Positions 1-9,267 of a DNA stretch of 64,000 bases are shown here, in pieces. Position 1 is the first letter of the stretch. Every line of letters begins with the position of its first letter. Origin of the DNA: an uncultured Eubacteriales bacterium (GTDB lineage: Bacteria > Bacillota > Clostridia > Lachnospirales > JAISER01). The notes below the pieces were generated by a model. It was given only the letters and a program-made list of their open reading frames with translations, did no database searches and was not told the origin of the DNA. Where the stretch lies: the NCBI GenBank assembly GCA_964545475.1, contig CAZJGG010000003.1, forward strand, positions 757 to 64,756, written 5' to 3'. A program made the translations under genes and the position numbers.

Positions 1-167
1 CGCTTTGTTAATAAATTTATCTTTAGTATTTTGCGAAGCATCCTCCGCAATTATTATTAATTTGGCTGAATTTGATTGTAAAGCTTTTTCGCAGCTTAAT
101 TCGCCGGACAATATTTTTCCGCTCTTTTGGCAAAGGCTTAAAAGCGATTTAATTTCTCTGTTCATTT
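1..167 (-). CDS. L7Ae-family ribosomal protein (YlxQ-like), C-terminus off window
   Basis: Reverse-strand reading from the ATG at 167 gives MNREIKSLLSLCQKSGKILSGELSCEKALQSNSAKLIIAEDASQNTKDKF, typical of the small L7Ae-like protein downstream of ylxR; synteny nusA-ylxR-ylxQ. Confidence 0.8.
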
Positions 168-463
168 GCGCCAATTTCTTCAAGCTCCTTCTTAAAGCCT
201 TCGTAAACGTCTTTCGGCACTGCAGCCTTAAAAGAACGTTCAAGCCCTCTGGATTTAACCGCTTTTGAGAGACAGTCGGCATTAGGGCAAATATATGCGC
301 CGCGCCCAGCCTTTTTGCCTGTTTTGTCTATTAAAAACTCGCCGCTTTCTGTGCGTACGACTCTAATAAGCTCTTTTTTAGGCTTCATTTCCATACAGCC
401 TGTGCATTTTCGCTGCGGTATTTTATTCATCATGATTTTCAGCTTCTTTAAAATCCTCATCAT
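149..463 (-). CDS. ylxR: YlxR family (RnpM) RNA-binding protein
   Basis: KIPQRKCTGCMEMKPKKELIRVVR motif; position between nusA and ylxQ. Confidence 0.9.
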   Translation of the reverse strand: MMRILKKLKIMMNKIPQRKCTGCMEMKPKKELIRVVRTESGEFLIDKTGKKAGRGAYICPNADCLSKAVKSRGLERSFKAAVPKDVYEGFKKELEEIGANEQRN

Positions 464-1598
464 CGCCAGAAACGTTGATTTCTAGGCTTTCTTCTTGGGG
501 CAAGCCTAATTCCATAACGTTTTCTTGCTCTTTATTAACAACCATAAAATCGGATAAATCTTGTGAATGGGATTTGCTCTTAATATCAATTCTCCATCCG
601 GTAAGTTTTGCCGCAAGCCTTGCGTTTTGACCGTCCTTACCGATAGCAAGAGAAAGCTGGTTATCCGGCACAATAACTTTTGCCGTTTGGTTATCAGCGT
701 CTATGGAAACCATTAAAACCTTGCTTGGGTTAAGAGCTTGTGCAATAAAGTTTATAGGGTTTTCATCGTAATTGATAATGTCTATTTTTTCGCCGTTAAG
801 CTCTGCGACAACAACGTTTACTCTAGCACCGTTTTGCCCAACGCAAGCGCCTACAGGGTCAACGTTAGGGTTTTTTGAATAAACAGCAATTTTTGTTCTG
901 CTGCCGGCTTCTCTGGCAATAGACTTGATTTCAACAACCCCGTCGTAAATTTCAGGAACTTCCTGCTCAAAAAGCCTTTTAACAAGCTCTGGGTGGGTTC
1001 TGGAAACGTTAATAACAGGACCTTTTGTTGTTTGTTTAACTTCAACAACATAAATTTTAAGTCTATCGCCGAAGTTATAAGCGTCTGTAGACATTTGCTC
1101 CGATTGGGGTAAAACAGCATCAATTTTTCCCATGGCAACGTAAACGTTTTTATGTTCTTTACGCTGAACAATGCCTGTAACAATGTCGTGTTCCTTGGAA
1201 ATGTATTCGTTGTATAAAATTTCACGTTCGGCTTCTCTAAATTTTTGAACAACAACCTGTTTTGCCGTTTGTGCGGCAATTCTGCCAAAGTTTTTCGGCG
1301 TAACAGCGATGTCTACAATATCTCCGATTTCATACATAGGATTTAAAAATTTAGCTTCTGGCAAAGTTATATGGGTATTTGGGTCAATAACTTCTTCTGC
1401 AACCTCTTTTACGGCATAAACAGCAACATTTCCTGTTTTTCTGTCTATTACAACTTTTACGTTTTGCGACGTACCAAAATTCTTTTTGCAAGCAGAAACA
1501 AGTGATGTTTCTATAGCTTCAAAAATAATTTCCTCGTCAATACCTCTTTCCTTGGATATTTGATTTAATGCTTCGATTAAATCAAGGCCTTTATCCAT
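423..1598 (-). CDS. nusA: Transcription termination/antitermination factor NusA
   Basis: S1/KH domain sequence, e.g. GACVGQNGARVNVVVAELNGEKIDII; synteny with rimP and ylxR. Confidence 0.96.
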   Translation of the reverse strand: MDKGLDLIEALNQISKERGIDEEIIFEAIETSLVSACKKNFGTSQNVKVVIDRKTGNVAVYAVKEVAEEVIDPNTHITLPEAKFLNPMYEIGDIVDIAVTPKNFGRIAAQTAKQVVVQKFREAEREILYNEYISKEHDIVTGIVQRKEHKNVYVAMGKIDAVLPQSEQMSTDAYNFGDRLKIYVVEVKQTTKGPVINVSRTHPELVKRLFEQEVPEIYDGVVEIKSIAREAGSRTKIAVYSKNPNVDPVGACVGQNGARVNVVVAELNGEKIDIINYDENPINFIAQALNPSKVLMVSIDADNQTAKVIVPDNQLSLAIGKDGQNARLAAKLTGWRIDIKSKSHSQDLSDFMVVNKEQENVMELGLPQEESLEINVSGDDEDFKEAENHDE

Positions 1599-1616
1599 TT
1601 TGCTAAAACCTCCTCT

Positions 1617-2090
1617 TTAAAAAAATACGGCAAGCTTGCATGAAGCTGTGTCTTTTTGGTCAAATTCCAAAACGCCGCATTTTTCATCATTAATTTTAAT
1701 AATGCCGTCTTGATAGGATAACAGTTCGCCTTGAAACAGCTTGCAGCCGTTTCTTGCTTTAAAAAGCTTTATGTCAACAATACTTCCTATATGTTTTAAG
1801 AAATGAGCTTCTTTTTTAAGAGCTCTGTCAACCCCGGGGGAACTTACTTCAAGTATATATGGGTGGGAAACAGGGTCTCTTTCGTCCAAAAGCTTGTCTA
1901 TTTTTTTATTAATTACTTCGCAATCGGAAATAGTAACTCCGCTGTCTTTGTCTATATAGGCACGGATATACCATTCTTGCCCCTCTTTAACATACTCTAC
2001 GTCATACAAGCTTAACCCCTCGCTTTGCACAACAGGCTCAAAAATTTCCCACAAAAAAGGAAGCAGATCTTTTTTATTCATTTTAAACAC
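1617..2090 (-). CDS. rimP: Ribosome maturation factor RimP
   Basis: Motif YILEVSSPGVDRALKK and position upstream of nusA. Confidence 0.95.
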   Translation of the reverse strand: MFKMNKKDLLPFLWEIFEPVVQSEGLSLYDVEYVKEGQEWYIRAYIDKDSGVTISDCEVINKKIDKLLDERDPVSHPYILEVSSPGVDRALKKEAHFLKHIGSIVDIKLFKARNGCKLFQGELLSYQDGIIKINDEKCGVLEFDQKDTASCKLAVFF

Positions 2091-2155
2091 CTCTCATTCG
2101 TACGTATACCCATTTCAACAATTAATTGTTATGAGTATAAATTAGGGCAAGAACA

Positions 2156-2185
2156 GATAAGAGTGGGTTCGCACCCACTCTTATC
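2156..2185. repeat. Perfect 13-bp inverted repeat, 4-nt loop (possible terminator/RNA hairpin without clear T-tract)
   Basis: gataagagtgggt-tcgc-acccactcttatc. Confidence 0.7.
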
Positions 2186-2251
2186 GTCATCTAGCATCTA
2201 TTAATCAAAAAGCAGTATAACACAAATAAATTCTTAATGCAACTGTTTTTA

Positions 2252-2280
2252 TTGAAAAACCCAAGAAATAAATGTATAAT
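2252..2280 (+). promoter_or_regulatory. Predicted sigma-A promoter for the A2M-like gene
   Basis: TTGAAA (2252-2257), 17-nt spacer, TATAAT (2275-2280). Confidence 0.65.
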
Positions 2281-2313
2281 GTTATTATTCAAACAAATCA
2301 AGGAGGAAATTAC

Positions 2314-5300
2314 ATGAACAAAAAGAACGCATTTGCTGTTGCCGCTGTTGTGTTAGTTATATCTATAGCTTCAGCGGCATTTTATTTTATGGGCGGAGGC
2401 AAACCGGAAGACAATAAAGTAGCGGATAATAACCTGCCAAAAAGCATACAAAATGTTCCGGAAACACCCGAAAATGCTCAATTTAAAATCGCCCCCTCTG
2501 CAATAGGTGATATTGTTATAACTCCGGCGAGTTTTTCGGAGCTTGGTGTTTCAGTGGATTCCTCCTTTTTAATAAAAGCAAAGGCAGAAATTTCCGAAGA
2601 CGAGATTTTAGCAAGGCTTAGTGTAAAATCCGGAGAATCCTTTAAAATAGAAAAATCTAAATCAAAAGAAGCAGACTACTTGCTCTCTTTTAATGAACCT
2701 CTTGAAAAAGAGAAAATATATAATTTCCAATACTTAGAAGAGGGCAAAGCGCCATTGTCTTTTGCTTTTCAAACAGAAAGCGGTCTTAAAATAATATCAT
2801 CAAACATAGCCCAAGATGCATACGCCGTCCCTGTAGAAAGCGGTATAGAGATTACGTTTAATCAAGAACTTGACCGTGAAAGCGTATTTGAGGAAAATTT
2901 TAGAATAAGCCCGGAAGTGACTGGTAAATTCATAAAAGTAGGCAATACATATAGTTTTATTCCCGATAGATTGCAATATAACGCTGAATATAACATAACT
3001 GTGGCAAAAGGCTTAAAAAGCCTTGAAGGAGACGTTTTAGAAGAGGATTACAGCTTGAAATTTCACACAACATGGGAGTACGATGCAAATGGTAATGTAT
3101 TCGCTATTACAGGGGATATGCGCCAGACATATTTGCCAAGTGAAGACGTTGTTTTTGAAATGAGCGTGGGAAAAGAAATAGCGGCAGCAGGCATTGAAAC
3201 AAAGATTTACAGCATAAAAACTAAAGAGGATTACTTAAACTCTATAGACAAGCCTGTTAACGGAGAATTAGAAGAAATTATTGAAACAGAGCTTATAGAA
3301 AGCGTTCAGGAATATTCTACATCTTATTACTTATCTTTAAATAAGCCGCTGGAAGAAGGATATTATTATATTTCCTTAAAAACGGAGGTGGGAGGGCAAA
3401 CATTTGAAGCCCACAAGCTTGTGCAAGTTTCGCCGCTTTCTGTTTATTGCCTCTCTATAGGTGGAGATATGTTAGTTTGGGTTAACGATACAAAAACTGG
3501 TAAACCGGCAGAAGGAGCAAATGTAATTACGGACAGCATTACGGCTGTTACAGACAGCGAAGGCAAAGCAATTTTGCAAACAAAAAAGGATAATAAAAAT
3601 GCTGTAACGGAAATCAGTTACGGAAGTTATAAAACTTTTATTTACAACAACGTTACATATAGCCAGAAAGAATTAAGTATTAACCAAAAGTATTTTTCTT
3701 ATGTTTATACAGACAGAGCCCAGTATAAGCCTAACGACTCAATTGACGTTTTTGGCGTTATAAAAGAAAGATATTCTCAATATAAAATAACAAAAAATGA
3801 TAAAGTAACTGTAAAACTAGGGGACATTAAAGAAATTCCTGTGGAAGTAGACAACTACGGCACTTTTAATGTAAAAATTCCCGTTAGTAATATGAAGGGA
3901 TTCAGTTATATTTATATATATTTAAACGGTGAAAGGTTAACTGAAACATCGGTTAACTTTATTGAATATCAAAAAAGTAAATATATTTTTGATATTAAAC
4001 TAGACAAACCATTATATATGATTGGGGAAGAGATTGGCTTTACAATTAATGCAACAACTTTTGACGGCACTCCAGTTGGGGGTATTGCCATTAACTGCTC
4101 TGAATATCCAGAAGCAAACTGTGTTACAGATGCAAACGGGACAGCAACAGGAAAGCTGACTGTAAAAGGCGGAAGCTGGTGGGATTGGAAGCCTTATTAT
4201 TCAGGGTTATGGTTTTCAACTGTAAGCGATGACGACAACCCCCAAAGCATTTATACATATTTTTATACTATGCCAAGCGATGTAATGCTTGAACATAAAA
4301 AGCTTTCTGATAACTCTATAGAATTTACTTCAAGCGCAATTGATGTGGAAAAAGCAAATAAGTATCTTGAAAAAGATAATAATAATTTTGACGAAGATGT
4401 TTATAGAGGTAAATCAATTGATATGAGCTTTAGCATTAAAGTTACAAAAACTACAAATATGCTTGTTAAAGTCGGGGAACGGTACGACTTTATAAACAAA
4501 GTAAAAGTTCCGTCTTTTAAATATGATAGTAAGCAAGAGGATTACGGAGTTATAGACGTTAAAACAGTTAACGGAAAAGCTGTAATTACTGATTTGCCGT
4601 CAAGCACAGATCCCCTTGTTTCATATTCTTTTGATCTTAATATGACGGACAAAAAGGGTGGAAATATAAGCTATAGATTATATGAATTTGACATTTACAA
4701 ACCTATGTACAGCGGTAAAAAAGAATATGCCCTTAGTTTTACAAAAAAAGATTCAAATAATGTTTATGATTCTTATGCCAAAATGGAACTTAATGAAACT
4801 GTAGATTTGTTTGTTGAAGACAGAAGCGGCGAAGAAAAACAAGTAACAAACGGCAAACTTTTAGTAGTAAATGTACATAACCAACGGGTTTTAAATTCTC
4901 ATACGGGAAGCCCTCAAAAATTGCCGTTTACGTTTACAAAAGATAATATTAATATGTCTGAAATGTTTGGGGCATATTTCGATGGAAAGTATATATACCC
5001 TCTATATCCCCTTTATATTTATTATGGATACGATGAAAGAAAGCTTGATATAGACATTTCTTTTGATAAAGAAAGCTATAAGCCGGGAGAAGAGGTTGCC
5101 GCAAAAATACAAGTTAAAGACAAAGACGGCAAAAACCGAAAAGCATTGGTTAATTTAAGCGTTGTAGACGAAGCAGTGTTTGGCATGATGGATCACGTGC
5201 CAATGTTTTTAGACGGGTTTTACGGAAGCATAAATTCCTATTCGTATGACTACTTTGTTTATGTATCTTATACTCCACAGATTTACGGCTGGGGAGGGGG

Positions 5301-7236
5301 AGCAGAAAAAGGCGGCGGCGGAGACGAATATATGTTAAGGAAAGACTTTGTTGACAATCCTTATTTTATTTCTTCCGAAACCGATGATAACGGCGCTATA
5401 ACAATTAAGTTCAGGTTGCCGGATAATATTACATCATGGAGGACGGCAGTTCACGCAATAACACAGGATAACTATTTAGGAAATACACATTCACATGCAA
5501 TTTCAACCCTTCCTTATAACATAGATGTTGTTATGGCAGACAACTTTGTTGAAGGAGACGATTTTGCGGTTTTAATAAAATCTTTCGGTAATGAGTTTAA
5601 ATTTAACGATACAGAGGTTAAATATGCTGTAGAAATCTTAAATAAAGATAACAGCATTGTTTACAACGGAGAAAAAACCAGTAAGACCTATGCAGACTTT
5701 AATGCCGGAAAACTCCCTAAAGGGGAATATACCGTAAGAGTTTACGGCGAGGCTGGGGAATTTAAAGATGCTATGGAAAAAACCGTTAATGTATCTGATG
5801 TTAACAACATTTTACCAATAAACGCAACAGCATTAATTTCAGATGAAAACCTTAAGCTTCCAGGTTATGACATAATCGGTTCACCAATAAAAATGGAGTT
5901 TTCAAACGGTGAAATAAGTGATTTTATAAACGTATTAAAAGACTGTATGAACTTTACATCAAACAGAACGGATTACACAGCCGCAACTGCTTTCGGGCAA
6001 GACTTTTTAAAAGGAGTACGGTACTATGGCGGAGATGAAAATCCCTATGAAAGCGTTTATTTAAATGCAAAAGGTTCTATAGATGATGTTTACGGTGTTT
6101 CCGAGCTGGTTTACGGAGAAAAAGAGCCGTTATACACAGCAAGGTTTGCCGCAAGCTTCCCGGAAATTGTAAGCTTTGACAGCATTTTGCGATATATAAA
6201 TGAAGAAACACAAATGTATGGAAGTAATGGTTTAGTTCCAAAAGAGTTTACAGAAAGCAGACAGGAAACTCTTCGTGCCGCAGGTTATTTAGCCCACGCC
6301 GCAGGTCAAAAAAGCGTGCTTTTAGAAATTTATAAGCAAATTGAAATAATAGAAAACGATGGAAACCAGCAAAAATTTACTACAGATTATTATGAGAATT
6401 TACGGGTTATGTTTTATGCAGCGGCTTTATGCGCTTTAGGAGACGACGTTATGGCAAGTTCCCTTATGGAAAAATACGGCAGCCCTAAGCTTAATTTAAG
6501 CGACGTAGATGAGAAAGAAGAGGAACTACGTTACGAATATATTAAAACCATGCAGCTTTTTGTTAATACTACTATTGCGCCGGACAAAGCTTTTGATTAT
6601 CTCATAAACAAAAAGCCAAACAAATTTGTAAGTGATGTTTGCGAAAAAATTAATTTTATTAGGAAGGCGTTCCCGGCTGGCGGTGTAAAATCCGAAATAA
6701 GCATTAGCTTAAACGGCAAAACAGAGAGCATTAAGCTTACAAATTTTGAAACCAGGTTTATAGAAATTTCAAAAGAGCAGTACGAAACTCTTAACATTAA
6801 GCAAATAAGCGGAAAAACTCAAACATGGCTTTCTTTTAACGGAAGCCCAGCAAACTTAGACGAAAGCTTAAAACAAATTAAAATAACAAAAAATATTGAA
6901 AAATCCGACTTTTCGGAAAACATGTATAAAGTTACGTTAACAATAGAACCGCCTGGAAATGAAAAGCTTTATAGTTACACAATAAGGGATAGAGTACCTA
7001 GCAATATGCGCTACACAGGGACAAACAGACCTATGTTTGAAGACGGCAGTTATTATTTCATAGACAACACTGAAAAACAGTTTTTAAACATTGATGTCAG
7101 TGATATGCTAAACAGAAGTACTTACGAAGTAACTTATCACTTAATAAAAGTAAACGATTCAGAAGCAGTTGAGGGTCAGGCCTATGTAAGCGGTTATAAC
7201 TTTAAGACGGATAAAATTTGGGGAGCTACCCAATGA
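2314..7236 (+). CDS. Alpha-2-macroglobulin-like membrane-anchored protein with Ig-like N-terminal region; thioester motif not seen
   Basis: AGGAGG SD before the ATG at 2314 (track start 2272 is upstream). Motifs typical of bacterial A2M: KPLYMIGEEIGFTINA, DKESYKPGEEVAAKIQVKDKDGK, ALVNLSVVDEAVFGM, RLPDNITSWRT. Confidence 0.85.
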   Translation: MNKKNAFAVAAVVLVISIASAAFYFMGGGKPEDNKVADNNLPKSIQNVPETPENAQFKIAPSAIGDIVITPASFSELGVSVDSSFLIKAKAEISEDEILARLSVKSGESFKIEKSKSKEADYLLSFNEPLEKEKIYNFQYLEEGKAPLSFAFQTESGLKIISSNIAQDAYAVPVESGIEITFNQELDRESVFEENFRISPEVTGKFIKVGNTYSFIPDRLQYNAEYNITVAKGLKSLEGDVLEEDYSLKFHTTWEYDANGNVFAITGDMRQTYLPSEDVVFEMSVGKEIAAAGIETKIYSIKTKEDYLNSIDKPVNGELEEIIETELIESVQEYSTSYYLSLNKPLEEGYYYISLKTEVGGQTFEAHKLVQVSPLSVYCLSIGGDMLVWVNDTKTGKPAEGANVITDSITAVTDSEGKAILQTKKDNKNAVTEISYGSYKTFIYNNVTYSQKELSINQKYFSYVYTDRAQYKPNDSIDVFGVIKERYSQYKITKNDKVTVKLGDIKEIPVEVDNYGTFNVKIPVSNMKGFSYIYIYLNGERLTETSVNFIEYQKSKYIFDIKLDKPLYMIGEEIGFTINATTFDGTPVGGIAINCSEYPEANCVTDANGTATGKLTVKGGSWWDWKPYYSGLWFSTVSDDDNPQSIYTYFYTMPSDVMLEHKKLSDNSIEFTSSAIDVEKANKYLEKDNNNFDEDVYRGKSIDMSFSIKVTKTTNMLVKVGERYDFINKVKVPSFKYDSKQEDYGVIDVKTVNGKAVITDLPSSTDPLVSYSFDLNMTDKKGGNISYRLYEFDIYKPMYSGKKEYALSFTKKDSNNVYDSYAKMELNETVDLFVEDRSGEEKQVTNGKLLVVNVHNQRVLNSHTGSPQKLPFTFTKDNINMSEMFGAYFDGKYIYPLYPLYIYYGYDERKLDIDISFDKESYKPGEEVAAKIQVKDKDGKNRKALVNLSVVDEAVFGMMDHVPMFLDGFYGSINSYSYDYFVYVSYTPQIYGWGGGAEKGGGGDEYMLRKDFVDNPYFISSETDDNGAITIKFRLPDNITSWRTAVHAITQDNYLGNTHSHAISTLPYNIDVVMADNFVEGDDFAVLIKSFGNEFKFNDTEVKYAVEILNKDNSIVYNGEKTSKTYADFNAGKLPKGEYTVRVYGEAGEFKDAMEKTVNVSDVNNILPINATALISDENLKLPGYDIIGSPIKMEFSNGEISDFINVLKDCMNFTSNRTDYTAATAFGQDFLKGVRYYGGDENPYESVYLNAKGSIDDVYGVSELVYGEKEPLYTARFAASFPEIVSFDSILRYINEETQMYGSNGLVPKEFTESRQETLRAAGYLAHAAGQKSVLLEIYKQIEIIENDGNQQKFTTDYYENLRVMFYAAALCALGDDVMASSLMEKYGSPKLNLSDVDEKEEELRYEYIKTMQLFVNTTIAPDKAFDYLINKKPNKFVSDVCEKINFIRKAFPAGGVKSEISISLNGKTESIKLTNFETRFIEISKEQYETLNIKQISGKTQTWLSFNGSPANLDESLKQIKITKNIEKSDFSENMYKVTLTIEPPGNEKLYSYTIRDRVPSNMRYTGTNRPMFEDGSYYFIDNTEKQFLNIDVSDMLNRSTYEVTYHLIKVNDSEAVEGQAYVSGYNFKTDKIWGATQ

Positions 7237-8084
7237 AAGAAATTTTGACTATAGTTTTATGTTTAATAAGTGTTTTTTCAAGAGTTGACAGTACGGAATA
7301 TGCTGTAAACTCTAAAATGCTTAATATTAAAACCATTACTGGGGCAGAATTTAAAAATTCTGTTCAAAATCCAAGGGAGTATTATTTTAGTGAGAAAGTG
7401 TCAGCAGGGGTTGTGCCACACCATACAACTGCGGCGGAGCTAATTTCAGGCTTTTTTGAAGCTTGCTCCGAAAAAGGCGTCTACGACACAATTATTATAA
7501 TTTCTCCTAACCATGAAGGGGACTTAGCAGGGGTTGTTACGTCTCTTTCTGGTTTTAATACAGGAAGTGGTGTTTATTGCGACACAGACATAATAAACGA
7601 AGTTTGCGAAAATTTTGATAATATTACTTTAAATGATGAAAGAATGGAAGCGGAGCATTCCGCTTCCGTTTTAATGCCTTATGTTAATTATTATTTTCCA
7701 AAAGCAAAGGTTGCGCCGTTTTTAGTTAGCAGAACACTTTCCATGGACGAAACTTTAATATTAGCAGAAACCATTGAAAATGCGGCAAAAAACTCTGAAA
7801 AAAAGGTATTATTATTATGTTCTATAGACTTTTCCCATTTTTTATCCCCGGAAAAGGCTGCTTTAAATGATATAAAAACAAAGGAGGCAATCCTTTCAAA
7901 GGATTACCTCCAAATTCATAACTTTTCAAATAATTTTGTAGACAGCCCCGCCTCCCTAATAATTTTTTTACATTACCTTGAAAGCTTAGGGAAAAGCCTT
8001 ATAATTATTGATAACACGGATTCCTCGTATTTTTTACGTCAGCGCATGATTGAAACTACAACATATTTTGTATTAGCCGGCTAA
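7233..8084 (+). CDS. MEMO-family protein (AmmeMemoRadiSam system protein B-like) with N-terminal signal-like segment
   Basis: GVVPHHTTAAELISGFFEAC, IIIISPNHEGD, LCSIDFSHFL motifs. ATGA overlap with the upstream gene; track start 7218 is a TTG, ATG at 7233. Confidence 0.8.
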   Translation: MKEILTIVLCLISVFSRVDSTEYAVNSKMLNIKTITGAEFKNSVQNPREYYFSEKVSAGVVPHHTTAAELISGFFEACSEKGVYDTIIIISPNHEGDLAGVVTSLSGFNTGSGVYCDTDIINEVCENFDNITLNDERMEAEHSASVLMPYVNYYFPKAKVAPFLVSRTLSMDETLILAETIENAAKNSEKKVLLLCSIDFSHFLSPEKAALNDIKTKEAILSKDYLQIHNFSNNFVDSPASLIIFLHYLESLGKSLIIIDNTDSSYFLRQRMIETTTYFVLAG

Positions 8085-8095
8085 ACGGTTTTGTT

Positions 8096-8515
8096 TTATC
8101 TTTTTGGTTTTTTTAGAATGCCCATGTTTATGCCTATTACACCGCCTAAACCCCCGCCGGAAAGTGAAAGAATCAATAATGTAATTGTGCGGGAATCAAC
8201 TTTAAAGCCTTTGTTTACCCAAATGCCGATTGCAGCAAGGAGTACTGCGTAAATTAAACCGGCAATTATGCCCCATAGCCAGCCTCTGCTTTCGGCATAC
8301 TTAGAGGCATCAAAACCTGCAACAACAACGGATATTAACGTTGTTACCGTTACGACAAGCGGCAAGCTTTGCCCGGTAAACGATGAATATGTAATAAGCA
8401 CGGCATATCCAATTAATACAACGGCCGTTATAGCATACGCCACTAATACACCCGAAATTAGTGAATTTAGCTGGGACGGCTTTTCCTCGGTTACTACATT
8501 TGTTACCTGCTTCAT
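8096..8515 (-). CDS. Small membrane protein, TIGR04086-like
   Basis: 139 aa, about four hydrophobic helices, glycine-rich C-terminus LSGGGLGGVIGINMG. Confidence 0.55.
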   Translation of the reverse strand: MKQVTNVVTEEKPSQLNSLISGVLVAYAITAVVLIGYAVLITYSSFTGQSLPLVVTVTTLISVVVAGFDASKYAESRGWLWGIIAGLIYAVLLAAIGIWVNKGFKVDSRTITLLILSLSGGGLGGVIGINMGILKKPKR

Positions 8516-8587
8516 GTAAGAACCTCCATATTATATTTGCTTACTACTATTTTACTATGAGTAAAAGCAAAATATGAATGTTCTGTA

Positions 8588-9031
8588 CTATAAAATATGC
8601 AGTACGCTGTCGCCCTCAGTGTTAATAGTTTTAAGCAAGCTCAACGCTTCTGCCTGATATTCGGTAATTTCATGAAGCTTATTAACAATGGAAGTATAAT
8701 CTGCATTTGAAATCATAATTTTAAAATCTTTATTAGCGTGTATTTTTTCAAGTGCTATAGACAGCTTTGCGCCTTGATTATGAGAAAGGGTAATAAATTT
8801 AGCAAAATATTCAATTTGTTTTTCAGAAAGGCTTTTTTTAATATGCTTCATAAAATCAAGCCTTGCCTGAATTTTTGTATTAATTTTTTCCCTTTCATTA
8901 AGCTCTTTTGTAATTTTTTTTGTATTTTCGCTTAAGTTTTTCATCATTTTATCAATACTTGCCTCTTTGTTTTTAGTCGGCTTATTAATGATCTTGTTAC
9001 TATCAGATTCATAGCTTAATAATGCAGACAT
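8588..9031 (-). CDS. Hypothetical protein, probably helical/coiled-coil
   Basis: 147-aa ORF with good coding appearance; no family recognised. Confidence 0.5.
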   Translation of the reverse strand: MSALLSYESDSNKIINKPTKNKEASIDKMMKNLSENTKKITKELNEREKINTKIQARLDFMKHIKKSLSEKQIEYFAKFITLSHNQGAKLSIALEKIHANKDFKIMISNADYTSIVNKLHEITEYQAEALSLLKTINTEGDSVLHIL

Positions 9032-9109
9032 CGAAAGCCCCCGTTTTCTAAAGCTGTTCCATGTTTTACCAGGAAAGCTCTAATTGTTTTTTGCTATATT
9101 TTATTATAC

Positions 9110-9129
9110 GACTTTTTTGTAAAAAAGTC
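9110..9129. repeat. Short inverted repeat gacttttttgtaaaaaagtc
   Basis: 9-bp arms 9110-9118 and 9121-9129; adjacent TATAAT-like sequence on the minus strand. Confidence 0.5.
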
Positions 9130-9180
9130 TCAACCACGCACCTATGCATGTTAATACTAAGGCGTAGTTGTCGGAAAGCA

Positions 9181-9201
9181 GTGCGGACAAAATGTCCGCA
9201 C
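9181..9201. terminator. 9-bp hairpin gtgcggaca-aaa-tgtccgcac (possible terminator, weak T-tract)
   Basis: Perfect inverted repeat downstream of the Met-rich ORF. Confidence 0.4.
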
Positions 9202-9267
9202 GCCGTCATGACAATATTTATGTTTCACTGTCATCCCGATTATAACACATCGCAATCAAGAAAAATG

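Noticed and set aside
851-1288. 145-aa plus-strand ORF antisense to nusA
   Set aside because: It lies fully within confidently identified nusA; the translation looks like an antisense shadow with no family features.
7218-7232. Upstream TTG start of the MEMO-family gene
   Set aside because: The ATG at 7233 in an ATGA overlap with the A2M-like stop is the more likely coupled start.
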